A DNA stretch of 64,000 nt from an uncultured Veillonellaceae bacterium (GCA_963805085.1 CAWDTA010000002.1:1408001-1472000), one strand, 5' to 3'; shown: positions 31,329 through 42,601, counted from the stretch's first letter. A program made the numbers and translations. The notes: generated from the letters alone by a model not told the origin.

Positions 31329-32210
31329 GTGATATCTTCAGAGATATTATCGTGGGAAACTGCTTTATGTTATGTTTTTCTATATGTGTCGGTTCTTTGT
31401 TTGTGGATGCCTTATAAAATTAGAATCCCAGTATGGAGTATAGTATTTAGTATAGCCTGTATTTTTGGCTTACAGAGTAATCAGATTGAATGGTATGCTA
31501 TTTTTATAATTATTTTAATAGCGTATGTCTTGCATTATACCAAAAGAAAGACAGCTCCTCTTTTAGGACGTGCGATTGCGGGAGTAATAGTTCTTTTAAT
31601 GGCATATGCGTTGGGCGCACACAAAATTCCGTATTTTCATAATTTGAAAGTACTGTCTGATGTGTATATTAGTAAAGAAAGTATTCCATTTACTTTATAT
31701 ATTAATTTTGATAAAACAATTGTAGGCCTATTTATTTTAGGGATAACCCAACGGTTGCTATCTAATAAAAATGAATGGAGTACTATGTTTAAACAAACCG
31801 TCCCTATGACCATTATGTTTGTTGTAATTCTTGTACTGTTCGCGCTGATTGCAGGGAAGATTCATTTTGATCCCAAATTGCCAGCGGGTTCACCAATTTG
31901 GGTAATAACAAACTTACTCTTGGTGTGTACGGCGGAGGAAGCATTTTTTCGTGGTTTTATTCAAGAAAGGCTTGCCCAGATTTTTCAAAGGTATGAATGG
32001 GGAAATGTGATAGCAGTTATTACTGCGTCGCTACTTTTTGGTTTTGCTCACTATGCAGGGGGAATAGAATATAGTATATGGGGTACTTTTGCTGGACTGG
32101 GATACGGCTTGATTTATCAGAAAACCAGGCGAATTGAGTCTAGTATATTGATGCATTTTTGTTTAAATTTGACCCATTTTCTGTTTTTTACATATCCTGC
32201 TCTGGCGTAA
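31329..32210 (+). CDS. CPBP (CAAX/Abi) intramembrane metalloprotease
   Basis: EEAFFRG, LFG.AH, H...N motifs. Confidence 0.88.
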   Translation: MISSEILSWETALCYVFLYVSVLCLWMPYKIRIPVWSIVFSIACIFGLQSNQIEWYAIFIIILIAYVLHYTKRKTAPLLGRAIAGVIVLLMAYALGAHKIPYFHNLKVLSDVYISKESIPFTLYINFDKTIVGLFILGITQRLLSNKNEWSTMFKQTVPMTIMFVVILVLFALIAGKIHFDPKLPAGSPIWVITNLLLVCTAEEAFFRGFIQERLAQIFQRYEWGNVIAVITASLLFGFAHYAGGIEYSIWGTFAGLGYGLIYQKTRRIESSILMHFCLNLTHFLFFTYPALA

Positions 32211-32215
32211 GAGTA

Positions 32216-32446
32216 CCAGAAGGAGCGTTTCTTAATTGTCATGGTACTTCTGGTTTGACCTTTATGAATTATTGATAAAAAATAGCTTAGATCAGTGAGA
32301 CTAAATAGAATATAAACAGTAAAAAGGAAAATCATACTCAATTATGTATGATTTTGGCGAAAAATTGAGGTTTCATGAGAGTGTGTAAGTTTAATAGCTA
32401 AAAGTCGATGGTTAAGGGATAGAATAAGGAACGTCCTCGCCTGTCC
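32216..32446 (+). repeat. Array element with leader, degenerate core
   Basis: AAATAGAATATAAACAG...GGAACGTCCTCGCCTGTCC. Confidence 0.8.
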
Positions 32447-32657
32447 GTAGATATTTGTCAGGTTATGGTTCATACGTTATTAGTAAGATGACTTATAAAT
32501 ATTTAGGGACGAAAAGGATTTCATCATCTATAAGGAATTAAATAGTAAATGTCTTTTTGGTTGATTGGAGTTGATAAATATGAGTGTACCAATGAAAATA
32601 ATTTAAATAAAGGCGTAAAAGCGCCAATTTGGAGAATGATGCAGGAGGGAGAGAACA

Positions 32658-32820
32658 ATGGCTAATGTGACTGCCAATGGAATTCAGATGAAGTATGATA
32701 CTTTCGACGATAGGTCTTCTTCAGTCTTACTATTAATCGCCAGCAATGGTGCCAACTGCTTCTCTGGGATGCTGGGTTTTGCGAATTATTAGCAAAAATG
32801 GGCCTTTTTTTTATTACAGA
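32658..32820 (+). pseudogene. Alpha/beta hydrolase N-terminal remnant
   Basis: RBS GGAGG; MANVTANGIQM.YDTF..., frameshifted W.AGFCELLA. Confidence 0.5.
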
Positions 32821-33153
32821 GAGAATTCCATAGGGCATACCGTGAAGACTCCGAATTTCCAATTATTATTCTTTTCTAAGCGCATACTCCCGGAACAAAA
32901 ATATCTATATTGTACGAAGCACTAGGCTAAATAATTTAGGCAGTAACTATCGTGGACGTTCCATAAGCATCGATAAAATATCAAACAATAGCTTCCGCTG
33001 CTCTAATGATAAGGAGCTCATTACTTTATCTGAAGCGGAACTCATTACCGATAGATATATTTTAGAAGAAAAGTTAAGTCAGTGTTAAATATAGATAGAA
33101 TAGCTGACCGCTATCACATTGTAAAATAAATTACCTCATAGCGATATATTTTG

Positions 33154-33260
33154 AAAAAAACTCCTGCTAAATAATATAAATAAAATGTACCCTATAGAGT
33201 AGACTTCTCTCATTGTCTACTCTATAGGGTACATTTTAGAATCCGGCAGGAGTTCCCTTT
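33154..33260 (+). repeat. Array element core with a 24-bp inverted repeat inserted in its loop
   Basis: AAACTCCTGC [insert] GCAGGAGTT. Confidence 0.8.
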
Positions 33261-33266
33261 TAGCCA

Positions 33267-33818
33267 TCATTTTATAAGATCGAAACTTTTATTTAACCAA
33301 CAGATATAACTTTCCTCACGCGATATAGCTTTGGTAAGAATAAGGTAATCTGTTAGTTCTTCTGCATCTAAATCGTATGGATTCTTGTTGTCACTAAAAT
33401 GTAAAGTGAATTGCTTGTTTAAATACGATAATTTTTCCGTTCTTAATTTTAGCTGATTTTTGAATAAGAATGGAATGTCCTCTTTAGGAATATGTTTCAA
33501 AAAATATATTTTTAAAACAAAAACATCTTTTTCTGTTTCAATGCTATGATCTATTGCAAGCAGCCATGTCTGAAGTGCTTTTTTGCCCGCTGTTGTTAGT
33601 TTATAATTTTTCTTCTCGATTCTCACGCTAGATCTATCTATATGCTGAGAAATCAATTCTTCTTCTAATAGTTTTTTTAGCTCAACATAAATTTGGCTCT
33701 GCTTTGCGCTCCAAAACTGTCCAATCGCTTTCTGAAATTCAGCAGCAATATCGTAGCCGCTCATTTCTTGCTTACTCAATAGACCTAGTATTGCATATTT
33801 TAAAATTCGACGTCCCAC
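33267..33818 (-). CDS. padR: PadR family repressor of phenolic acid decarboxylase
   Basis: LKYAILGLL, SGYDI, FW.A..SQIY.EL; divergent from padC. Confidence 0.88.
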   Translation of the reverse strand: MGRRILKYAILGLLSKQEMSGYDIAAEFQKAIGQFWSAKQSQIYVELKKLLEEELISQHIDRSSVRIEKKNYKLTTAGKKALQTWLLAIDHSIETEKDVFVLKIYFLKHIPKEDIPFLFKNQLKLRTEKLSYLNKQFTLHFSDNKNPYDLDAEELTDYLILTKAISREESYICWLNKSFDLIK

Positions 33819-33931
33819 TAAATAACCTCCATTATAATGATAAAAATTATAGATCTTCTAACTGATTAACTATCTAGGCAATGCTTTATCATTCTTTCTT
33901 GACAATATTATATCACAAGTATATATTAATC

Positions 33932-33985
33932 ATACAAACATTTATATACAAACATTTATATATAAATGTTTGTATATAAATGTTA
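33932..33985. promoter_or_regulatory. Probable PadR operator region
   Basis: Repeated and inverted AAACATTTATAT/ATAAATGTTT units between padR and padC. Confidence 0.55.
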
Positions 33986-34019
33986 TACGTAAAAAAAATA
34001 TGATGAGGAGAAATGTATA

Positions 34020-34538
34020 ATGATAACATATGGACAATCTAGAGAAGCATTAAAGGATTTTTTAGGCAGCCACATAATTTATACCTATGAAAATGGATGG
34101 GAATATGAAATTTATATAAAAAATGACCATACCATTGATTATCGCATTCATAGTGGAATGGTAAAAGGCAGATGGGTTCGTAATCAAGAAGTTAATATTG
34201 TTAAGCTAATAGAAGGTGTTTATAAAGTTTCTTGGACTGAACCAACCGGAACAGATGTGTCCTTGAACTTTATGCTGAAGGAAAAACGTACACATGGAGC
34301 TATTTTTTTCCCAAAATGGGTGCATGAGCACCCGGAAATCACTGTCTGCTATCAAAATGATCATATTGGACTAATGGAAGAATCACGAAATAAATATGAT
34401 ACTTATCCTAAATATGTGTTAGATGAATTTTCAGAGATTACCTTTCTAGAATATGTAGGAGAAAATAATGAAAATTTGATTTCTATCCCTCCCTATGATG
34501 GAATGACAGATGATATTCGTGCTGGAAAATTAAAATAA
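34020..34538 (+). CDS. padC: Phenolic acid decarboxylase
   Basis: [51 protein letters not shown]. Confidence 0.95.
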   Translation: MITYGQSREALKDFLGSHIIYTYENGWEYEIYIKNDHTIDYRIHSGMVKGRWVRNQEVNIVKLIEGVYKVSWTEPTGTDVSLNFMLKEKRTHGAIFFPKWVHEHPEITVCYQNDHIGLMEESRNKYDTYPKYVLDEFSEITFLEYVGENNENLISIPPYDGMTDDIRAGKLK

Positions 34539-34680
34539 TCGAGTAAGAGTTAAATAATTGTTTCGGTGACGGATGAAGATGAGCTTAATTGTTTTACCAT
34601 TTTTTTTATCAACATTATTTCTGATTTCATCCAAATGAGTTATTGACGAACCACTAATAAAGATTAGCGTTGATGTCGTT

Positions 34681-34852
34681 AAATAGAATATAAACACTAA
34701 AAAGAAACAACTGCTGAATTCTGTATGAATTTGGCAGTTGTTTTGAGCTTTTATGAGAATATGTAAGTTTAATATCATAAAGTTGATGGTAAGGTTGGCG
34801 CGGGCGAAGTGACGGAATAGTGGGACAAGAAAACAACCTGTCCCCTTGTCCC
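34681..34852 (+). repeat. Array element, covarying, shortened long tail
   Basis: AAACAACTGC...GCAGTTGTTT; GGGAC...CCTGTCCCCTTGTCCC. Confidence 0.92.
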
Positions 34853-34914
34853 AGGGATAGGTAGGGAGGCAATGCAGGCTGTTAAGACACCAGAATTGCA
34901 AACCGTCACTTTGT

Positions 34915-35915
34915 CTACTTGATTTTTCTTCGGGTGAGATATCTTCTTGCAAAAATATGAGGAATAGCCACGCCTATGGCTATAGCAAGTATCGTGAGAT
35001 TTGCTATAACGCCACTTTGAAAAACTTGAATAAAAGATGAGATGTCCATTACATTTATATTAATGATGCCAAACATCAGGCGGTACATAAAAACCCCGGG
35101 AATCATAGGGATGACAGAAGGAAGCGTTATCACATGCATCGGAGTGTGTATATAATGTACAGCTTTTATCGCAATAAGGCTCACGAACATGGCGCCGACA
35201 AAAGATCCCACAGGCAGACCCATATCCAGATCGAAAGTTATGAAATTTCTTGTACATACGGATATCATCCCGCCTATCGCGACTACCCATAAGAGCCGTC
35301 TGGGAACATTAAAAATTGTTGAGAAGCCGATCGAAGCTATCGCAGCCGATATTGCATAGACTAGATAAGAACTGTCGGGACGCGTATTTATCATCGTAAA
35401 ATCTTCTACCTGACATAGTTTAATGGCAAGTACGATACCAAAACTCATGCTGCCGACCATCAATATGGTGTTTACCGCTCGAGTTATACCGGAGACGATA
35501 TAATTGTCCAGCATGTCATCGACGGAATTTATTAGAGGTATGCCAGGAACGATAAACAAAGCACAGGCTAAAAGAGGATGCCACGGTATCGAGGATCATG
35601 GAATAAAATGTGTGAGATAAGCCAGCAGTGTAGAAATAAATGAAGCAATTGCGATAGAGGCATAAGGATTTATAGAAAGCTTATTACAATAAAGGCGCAG
35701 ACTAAAACCGAGTGAAGCGCAACATGTGGTGTAAAAAAACGATAACCAATCCCCGCCAAATAGTTTACAGAATCCGCCACAGGCTAATCCTGCGCCAACG
35801 GCAATAAATGTAGTTGTATATTGCTTTTTCCCATTTATTATTTTATTTAATTCTTCCTTATACTCATTGAGTGTATAGCTTTTTTCTATTGCTCGCCAAG
35901 ATAATTTGCTTATTT
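34915..35915 (-). pseudogene. ThrE-family threonine/serine exporter, 5'-truncated with internal stop
   Basis: ISKLSW, ACGGFCKLFGGDW, then FIP*SS, IVPGIPLIN, IPMIPG. Confidence 0.75.
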
Positions 35916-35980
35916 ATTACAAAAAGATAAAAAAGTTTTATCTGTATAAAAATGCTGGGTATAGGATCAGTCACCAAGGT

Positions 35981-36047
35981 TTTAGGAGAATATGTAAGTT
36001 TAATATCAAAAAGTTAATGGCAAGGTGACGGAAGAGGAACGTCCCCC
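35981..36047 (+). repeat. Array element, right half
   Basis: GAGAATATGTAAGTTTAATATC...GGAACGTCCCC. Confidence 0.85.
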
Positions 36048-36059
36048 ACTATCCAGGGT

Positions 36060-36160
36060 GGCAAAGGGGATGGAACGACTGTGCAGGCCAGATGATACAA
36101 TTGGTGATGCCCATGGTGTAAATCAAACTTCAATCGGCATTGTATTTATTGGTGAATGAT
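36060..36160 (+). pseudogene. Internal fragment resembling T7-lysozyme/PGRP amidase (Amidase_2)
   Basis: RPDDTIG.AHGVNQTSIGIVFIG read directly after a repeat tail. Confidence 0.45.
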
Positions 36161-36328
36161 AACGCGAAATTCGTGGGAAAATATTGATACAAAAGAAACA
36201 TCACCGTTATTGTTTTTAGTTATAATATGGTATATAATTAAAATTATTGAATTATATACCATATTATAACTGCTGGTTCATTTAATTAATTAAATGAAAT
36301 ATATTTGATAGTTATAATTAATGGGGGG

Positions 36329-36490
36329 ATGGGATTAAAAATATTTCAAGTGGATGCTTTTACAAATGAAACGTTCAAGGGTAATCCTTGCAGGAGATTG
36401 TATTTTGAAATTTCAACCTAGTAGTGAAGTAAGTTTGTGTGGACATGCGACACTAGCAAGTGCCCACATAATTTACGAAACTGGTCTGAA
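36329..36490 (+). pseudogene. PhzF family remnant
   Basis: FQVDAFT..F.GNP and EV.LCGHATLASAH in different frames. Confidence 0.7.
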
Positions 36491-36942
36491 AAAGAGAAAA
36501 AAAGAGTGAATTTCTTGTTTTTTTTTGCATCGGCGGCTGGAAATAATGAAGATCCAACGGCTCATCTCATTGTTTATTAGGTCCATATTGGAAGATGAAG
36601 CGTGAAAGAGACAAATTCTTTGCATATCAGACTTCGCAAAGAGGTGGTTATATGGGAGTAAGAGTTGCTTCTGATAGGTTTTTTTAACAGGTAGTGTGGT
36701 TACAGTGGAGAGCCAATGTCGGGTTTTTCTGTCGCTTAAAGCACCTAAAATGTAATGATCAAGCGTTATTGTGAAACTATAATCAGATGTTTTATCCACC
36801 AATAGAAATAAAAAAAGCTGGCTTTTGGGATATGAAAATCCAATGGGGTACTCAATCAGGATGGTTAGGCATAATAATAGTTGCCATTATTGGGTCATTG
36901 ACTGAAAAAGCTGGTCTATTGTAATTAAGGAGGAATGTAATT

Positions 36943-37686
36943 TTGCATAAATATCTACTTAAAAAGGACACGAAAGACTTACGGGATCATATTTTTTATT
37001 CGAAGTGTTATAAAGTACCGGAAAAGTTGCCTGTACAGGTGGATTTACGGAGTACATGTAGTCCGGTTGTCGATCAGGGGAATCTGGGCTCTTGTACAGC
37101 AAATGCAATTGTCAGTGGACTACGCGAATATATGCTTGAAAATAAAAATGATTGGGTATCTTTGTCCCGGTTATTTCTCTACTGGGAGGAAAGAAAGATT
37201 GAAGGAACAGTTAGCGAGGATAGTGGGGCTAAAATTCGTGATGGCATGAAAGTACTGAAAAAAATCGGCGTATGCCCAGAAACAGACTGGCCATATGATA
37301 TTTCAACTTTCTCTAATACGCCGACAGATCAGGATGTTGCTGATGCAGCACCCTATAAGATATCTGAATACCACCGTATCATTTCTTTGGATCAGCTGAA
37401 AACGGCTGTCGCTGAAAGTCTGCCCGTAGTTATCGGCATCGATGTTTATTCGTCATTTGAAAGTGACGAAGTAGCCGCTAATGGGATTGTACCAATGCCA
37501 GATAAGGCTAAAGATCGATTATTGGGCGGGCACGCGGTTTTGGTAGTCGGCTACGACGATACTAAGAATCAACTGATAGTTAGAAACTCTTGGGGAATTT
37601 CATGGGGAGACAAAGGATATTTTTACCTGCCATACGATTACTATAATCAAGGCTATGTTAGTGATTGCTGGACTAGTTTTGGGTAA
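36943..37686 (+). CDS. Papain-like C1A cysteine protease
   Basis: VDLR, DQG.LGSCTANA, GGHAV..VGYD, RNSWG..WG.KGY. Confidence 0.92.
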   Translation: MHKYLLKKDTKDLRDHIFYSKCYKVPEKLPVQVDLRSTCSPVVDQGNLGSCTANAIVSGLREYMLENKNDWVSLSRLFLYWEERKIEGTVSEDSGAKIRDGMKVLKKIGVCPETDWPYDISTFSNTPTDQDVADAAPYKISEYHRIISLDQLKTAVAESLPVVIGIDVYSSFESDEVAANGIVPMPDKAKDRLLGGHAVLVVGYDDTKNQLIVRNSWGISWGDKGYFYLPYDYYNQGYVSDCWTSFG

Positions 37687-37764
37687 ATAATGTAAATTAA
37701 CGAGATGTTGGACCATGCTTATGAGGAACACATTGGCAGACTGTTTATATCTTTTATTATTGTC

Positions 37765-37880
37765 GCGCGTCCAGCAAAGCTGGACTGTGCTAGTAGGTGA
37801 AAGTCCCATCCCGGTAACTACCAAGTAGAGGCCGGATAGCAAATCCCGGTGCGTCGCCGAAATGCGGGGTGCTAAGCGGG
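37765..37880 (+). mobile_element. Probable group II intron 5' fragment (start of domain I)
   Basis: GC-rich island beginning GCGCG (GUGYG-like), GTCCAGC-AAA-GCTGGAC hairpin, GGTGAAAGTCC motif. Confidence 0.5.
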
Positions 37881-38053
37881 AGGATAAATTATCATCCTTT
37901 ACATCTGTTTGAGTACTTTTTTATACTTCCCATTTCTTAAAAATTTATTTCTAATACATGGTGATAGAGTACAGTGCTTCAAAAATTCGGACACTGTCCT
38001 TTCGTCGGTTGAAAATTTGGTAAGTCATTAATAAAAACTGGCGGAAATATGCT

Positions 38054-38188
38054 AATAGAATATAAACAGTAAAAATGAAACTCCTACTGAATTCTGTATG
38101 AATTTGGCAGGAGTTTTGAGCTTTTATGAGAATATGTATGTTTAGTATCAAAAAATTGATGGCAAGATAATGGAAAAGCAACGTCCCC
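38054..38188 (+). repeat. Array element
   Basis: Core 38078-38116. Confidence 0.92.
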
Positions 38189-38447
38189 GGCTATCCCCAA
38201 CGGGAAGTATCATACGCCGGATTAAATGCCCGTCAGCTTGAAAACGAGAAACTCAACAGAATGTTCGGCGGCAAGGGTGAAATGAAACAATTAGAGACAA
38301 GAACAATAGATAAATACGAAAGGAGCGTTGTCTTATCACGAAAGGTGCATTGGAGTCGGTTTTGTGCGTAGCAAGGGCTATCGCATAATTCAAATATGAG
38401 GATAGTCCTTGCGTAATCCTATTTTTTGATTATTTAGGAGGCGCACA

Positions 38448-38717
38448 ATGGGCTATAAAAATGCAATCTGTGTATTGCCAGATGATTTGATTATGGCAAT
38501 ACAACAACATATTGACGGCGAATATCTTTATATTCCTCGTAAAGAAGAAAACAAAAAAGGTTGGGGCGAATTAAGTAATAGTAGACAATTGCTTGACGAA
38601 CGTAACGCAACCATTTTTACGGAATACCAGCGTGGTACACCTGTTAAGCAACTGGCAAATACGTTTTATTTGTCGCCAAAGACCGTATATAAGATATTAT
38701 CTGAAATGAAGAAATGA
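38448..38717 (+). CDS. CD3324-family (Mor-like HTH) protein
   Basis: M.Y.NA..VLP..LI..IQ..IDGEYLYIP, RN..I, LA..FYLS.KTV.KI. Confidence 0.8.
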   Translation: MGYKNAICVLPDDLIMAIQQHIDGEYLYIPRKEENKKGWGELSNSRQLLDERNATIFTEYQRGTPVKQLANTFYLSPKTVYKILSEMKK

Positions 38718-38730
38718 TAAATAGACCTTA

Positions 38731-38764
38731 AAGGCGGCATGGCAGATTTGTCATGCCGCTTTTT
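38731..38764 (+). terminator. Hairpin plus T-tract between the CD3324-family gene and the methyltransferase
   Basis: GCGGCATGGCA-GATT-TGTCATGCCGC-TTTTT. Confidence 0.6.
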
Positions 38765-38868
38765 GCTTCTGTATCGTTTAGTAGGGAGCTTTTATAAAAG
38801 GAACGGGGTATAATTTAACTATGCAAAAGCAATAAAGTAAATAAAAGATAAGATAAGGAGCAATCACA

Positions 38869-39588
38869 ATGGAGTATCCAAAAAGCCAAAAGTACAATAC
38901 CCCCGAATTGCTGGCTAAAATTATGGGGCCTAACCCGTTCAAATTGCAGGAAGAAATGCTGCTAAATCATAAAATCCCCGCTGGGAGTCTCGTCTGCGAC
39001 CTCGGAAGCGGACAAGGGCTTACAAGCGTGATGCTCGCAAAAGATTATGGCTTCACTGTTTACTCCGCTGATTTGTGGAGCGAGCCGCAGGAAAACCGTA
39101 GATTTTTTTATCAAATGGGATTAACCCTTGAACAGATTACAACCGTTAAGGCTGACGCCACCGACTTGCCCTTTGAAAAAGAATTTTTCGATGCGGTAGT
39201 CAGCACAGATTCCTATAACTATTGGGGACGTGACCCAAAATACTTGGACGAAAAACTACTGCCCTTTGTCAAACACGGTGGATATATTTACTGCTGCGTA
39301 CCCGGCCTGAAAAAAGATTGCCATGATAACCTGCCGAAAGAATTGCTTCTCTCGTGGACACCGGAGCAGCTTGCCTATCTGTGCGATATTGCTTATTGGA
39401 CGGAAATAGTGAATAGCAGCCGTGATGCAGAGGTAATTTCCATATACGAAATGGAAAGCAACGAGAACGTTTGGATGGATTGGCTGAACCAAGAAGAAAA
39501 TGAGATTGCGGTTAATGACCGCAAAACAATGAACGCAGGCGGCGGGAAATATCTGAACTTTATCGCTTTCGCCTTGCGAAAAAAATAA
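38869..39588 (+). CDS. Class I SAM-dependent methyltransferase
   Basis: MGPN, DLGSGQGLTS, ADLW, LPF..EFFDAV. Confidence 0.88.
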   Translation: MEYPKSQKYNTPELLAKIMGPNPFKLQEEMLLNHKIPAGSLVCDLGSGQGLTSVMLAKDYGFTVYSADLWSEPQENRRFFYQMGLTLEQITTVKADATDLPFEKEFFDAVVSTDSYNYWGRDPKYLDEKLLPFVKHGGYIYCCVPGLKKDCHDNLPKELLLSWTPEQLAYLCDIAYWTEIVNSSRDAEVISIYEMESNENVWMDWLNQEENEIAVNDRKTMNAGGGKYLNFIAFALRKK

Positions 39589-39689
39589 TTGAGCCGGACG
39601 CTACTGTCTATGCAAAAAGATTGATAAAGAAGTGAAAAGAACCTAACAAATAGCTTCTATCCCAAAATGCCGCCAGACAACGGGAATAG

Positions 39690-39913
39690 GACAGAAGGGA
39701 CGCTTATTTTTTGTCATGTTACTTCTGACTTTTATGAAGTATTGATAAAAATAGCTTAGGACAGTGATGCTGAATAGAATATGACCACAAAAAAGGAACT
39801 CCTGCTGGATTTTGTATGAATTTGGCAGGAGTTTTATGTTTTTATGAGAATATGTAAGTTTAATATCAAAAAGTGATGGCAAGACGACAGAAAGGGAATG
39901 TTCTTGATTGTCC
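39690..39913 (+). repeat. Array element with both REP-like ends
   Basis: Left GACAGAAGGGACG...TGTC 39690-39715; core 39796-39834. Confidence 0.92.
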
Positions 39914-39941
39914 GATTGTCACCTGAAGCGAGGCCCTACTA

Positions 39942-40889
39942 ATGGACAAATTAATTAATTCTCCTTATATGTTTTTTAATCGCGCTGAATGGGAAAATTT
40001 GCGAATGGCTACGCCACTTCCATTATCGGAAGATGATTTAATTCGAATTCATGGAATTAATGAGAAGATTTCTCTAGAAGAAATATCACAAGTTTATCTT
40101 CCAATATCTAGACTTCTAAATTTATATGTATTAGATACACATAGGCTCTATAATGTTACTAATACATTTCTTGGTACTTTATCGAAAAAAGTTCCGTACA
40201 TTATTGGTATTGCTGGTAGTGTCGCTGTTGGAAAAAGTACAACGGGGCGTATTGTTCAAGAGTTATTGAAAAGTTGGCCAACCAAGCCAAGCGTTGATTT
40301 AGTTACAACAGATAGTTTTTTATATCCTAATGAAGTATTGGAAGACCGAGGTATTATGAATAAAAAAGGTTTTCCTAAAAGTTATGATGCTCAGAGACTA
40401 ATTGATTTCTTAAGAGATGTCAAATCCGGGTGTTCAGATGTAAAAGTTCCGATATATTCTCATTCATTTTATGACATTATTCCTCATAAATTTAAAGTTT
40501 TAAGTACTCCAGACATTTTAATTGTTGAAGGACTAAACGTTTTACAGACACCCAATGTAGATCATATAATTTCTAAATCCCATTTATACATTTCTGATTT
40601 TCTTGATTTTTCCATTTATGTTCACGCGGATTCAAAAAATATTAAGCAATGGTATATTGAACGATTTCAGATATTGCGACGCACTGCCTTTCAAGATGAG
40701 ACTTCATATTTTCATCGTTATGCTCAAATGTCAGACAAAGAGACAGAATTATTGGCAGAGAAAATATGGGAAGAAATAAATGGAGTTAATTTAGAGGAAA
40801 ATATTCATCCGACGATGCGTCGCGCACGCTTGATCATTAAAAAGGGGGACGATCATTCCGTTCAAAAAATATGTTTGCGAAAGTTATAA
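39942..40889 (+). CDS. coaA: Type I pantothenate kinase
   Basis: YLPISRLL, GIAGSVAVGKSTT, KGFP.SYD, EGLNVLQ, DF.DFSIYV, WYIERF. Confidence 0.93.
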   Translation: MDKLINSPYMFFNRAEWENLRMATPLPLSEDDLIRIHGINEKISLEEISQVYLPISRLLNLYVLDTHRLYNVTNTFLGTLSKKVPYIIGIAGSVAVGKSTTGRIVQELLKSWPTKPSVDLVTTDSFLYPNEVLEDRGIMNKKGFPKSYDAQRLIDFLRDVKSGCSDVKVPIYSHSFYDIIPHKFKVLSTPDILIVEGLNVLQTPNVDHIISKSHLYISDFLDFSIYVHADSKNIKQWYIERFQILRRTAFQDETSYFHRYAQMSDKETELLAEKIWEEINGVNLEENIHPTMRRARLIIKKGDDHSVQKICLRKL

Positions 40890-41046
40890 CCATTTTACTA
40901 GGAGTCCGCTGATGGACAGAAGAGAAGTTCTTTTTTTATGAAACTTTGACAATTCGTTAAAAAAGATTGGTGGCAATAACGGTAAATAGAATATAAAGAA
41001 ACACAGGGACAAGGAAGAAAGTACTGTATGTAAATGGTAATGTGAA

Positions 41047-41117
41047 GAGCCGGATGCCTTAATTGGGCACGTCTGGTTCTGTGAGGGCTTGGGGTTGCAA
41101 AGCCCCGGATACTCGAT
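41047..41117 (+). mobile_element. Group II intron 3' end (domains V and VI)
   Basis: GAGCCGGATGC...GCACGTCTGGTTC (AGC triad), then TGTGAGGG...GGGG-TTGCAAAG-CCCC...ACTCGAT ending in AY. Confidence 0.85.
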
Positions 41118-41201
41118 CCTTGTCTTCTTTCTAATTCTATTTCTGATTTTATCATCATGGACTTTTGATAATCCATTAGTATAGATTCATGGGTTATTGC
41201 T

Positions 41202-41343
41202 AAATAGAATATAAATACTAAAAAGGAAACTCCTGCTAAAAATTTGTACTAATTTGGAAGGAGTTTTAATTTTTTGTGAGAATATGTAAATTTAATAGAT
41301 ACGGTTTAATGGCAAAGTGACGAAAAATGAGCGTCACTGTCTG
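41202..41343 (+). repeat. Array element
   Basis: Core 41227-41266. Confidence 0.88.
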
Positions 41344-41437
41344 TTTTTCAATATAAAAGATTAAGACCCCAAAACCGTCATCTTGTCTATATATATTTTA
41401 TCGCTTTGTATAACCAAGCAGGAAAAGGGGTTAAAGT

Positions 41438-41885
41438 ATGAGGTTAAAGGATTTAACAATTAAAGAGCTCATTCGTTTGAATATCGATGCAAAAAATTGG
41501 GAAGATGCAATCCGCCAAGCAGCAGATGCTCTATTACAAAATAGGAAGATAAAGCCATCCTATATTGAGGCAATTATAAGAACGGTTAAAGAAGTTGGGC
41601 CATATATCGTGTTAACAAAGCACGTTGCCTTGCCTCATGCTTGATCTGAGGATGGAGTAATTGAAAAGTGCCATTGGTATTACAACATTGATACAGCCGG
41701 TTGTATTTGGAAATAAAGAAAATGATCCTGTAAAATATTTGTGCTTTCTGAGTGCCAAAGATAGTGAAAGCCATATCAATGCTTTGACAGAATTGACAGG
41801 GCTATTGAAACGTGATGATTTTTATGAGTTTCTGGATCATGCTAAAGACGCCTCCGAGGTTATGCAATATATGAAAAATTTATGA
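41438..41885 (+). pseudogene. PTS EIIA (Fru/Asc type), split into two ORFs
   Basis: WEDAI, GPYIV....ALPHA then stop; V.FG...DPV in another frame. Confidence 0.8.
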
Positions 41886-41901
41886 GGAAAAGGGTGGGCA
41901 A

Positions 41902-42183
41902 ATGGACTGTAAAGGGTTAGTTGTTTGTCGTGCAGGTGTAGGATTTAGTTTAATTCTGAAAATCAAACTGCAACAAGTTATTAATGAAAACAAGCTTCCA
42001 ATCAAGATTGAAAATGGGTCACTGGATGCGGTTGTAGATTTCAATGGAGCTTTAATTATTACGTTGAGCGATATTGCAAAGGAATTGGTAGCAAAGAAAT
42101 TGCCTCAGAAAATCATTGGTATTGACAATATTATGGACAAGGGCGAAATTCTGGCGAAGTTAAATGCTTTTCTTATTGTTTAG
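41902..42183 (+). CDS. PTS EIIB component (UlaB-like)
   Basis: VVCRAGVG.S..LK motif; no EIIC follows. Confidence 0.75.
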   Translation: MDCKGLVVCRAGVGFSLILKIKLQQVINENKLPIKIENGSLDAVVDFNGALIITLSDIAKELVAKKLPQKIIGIDNIMDKGEILAKLNAFLIV

Positions 42184-42601
42184 ATTTAATAGTCTTGAAA
42201 CTGCTAAAAGAACAATTTGTGGAATTGAAATAATGCATGTGATTAGAAAAGGGAGGTTGAAAGAATTCAGATTGCCCTTTTTGAGGGTGAATTAATAAAT
42301 AATATCATGAGTATAGTTGTTTAAATAGTAAATATTGGCACGGGATTAGACTGGTGACATTTTTGAAACAAAGTCAAAATCTCTTCTTGTTAAGTAAAAT
42401 ATTTAAATGATGAACAGTTGGAGCTTTGAAGAAAATACAGGGATTTTGCTGTTTTTGTTTATTGAGATTTGTAGTATATATGATTTTGACATATTTATTT
42501 TTTATATCATTAGTGTTTAATTTCACGGATACAAAATTACTGTATTTTGCTAATTAATTTAAATATGATATAAATGTAATAAAATTCAAAAGGAGAAAAA
42601 T

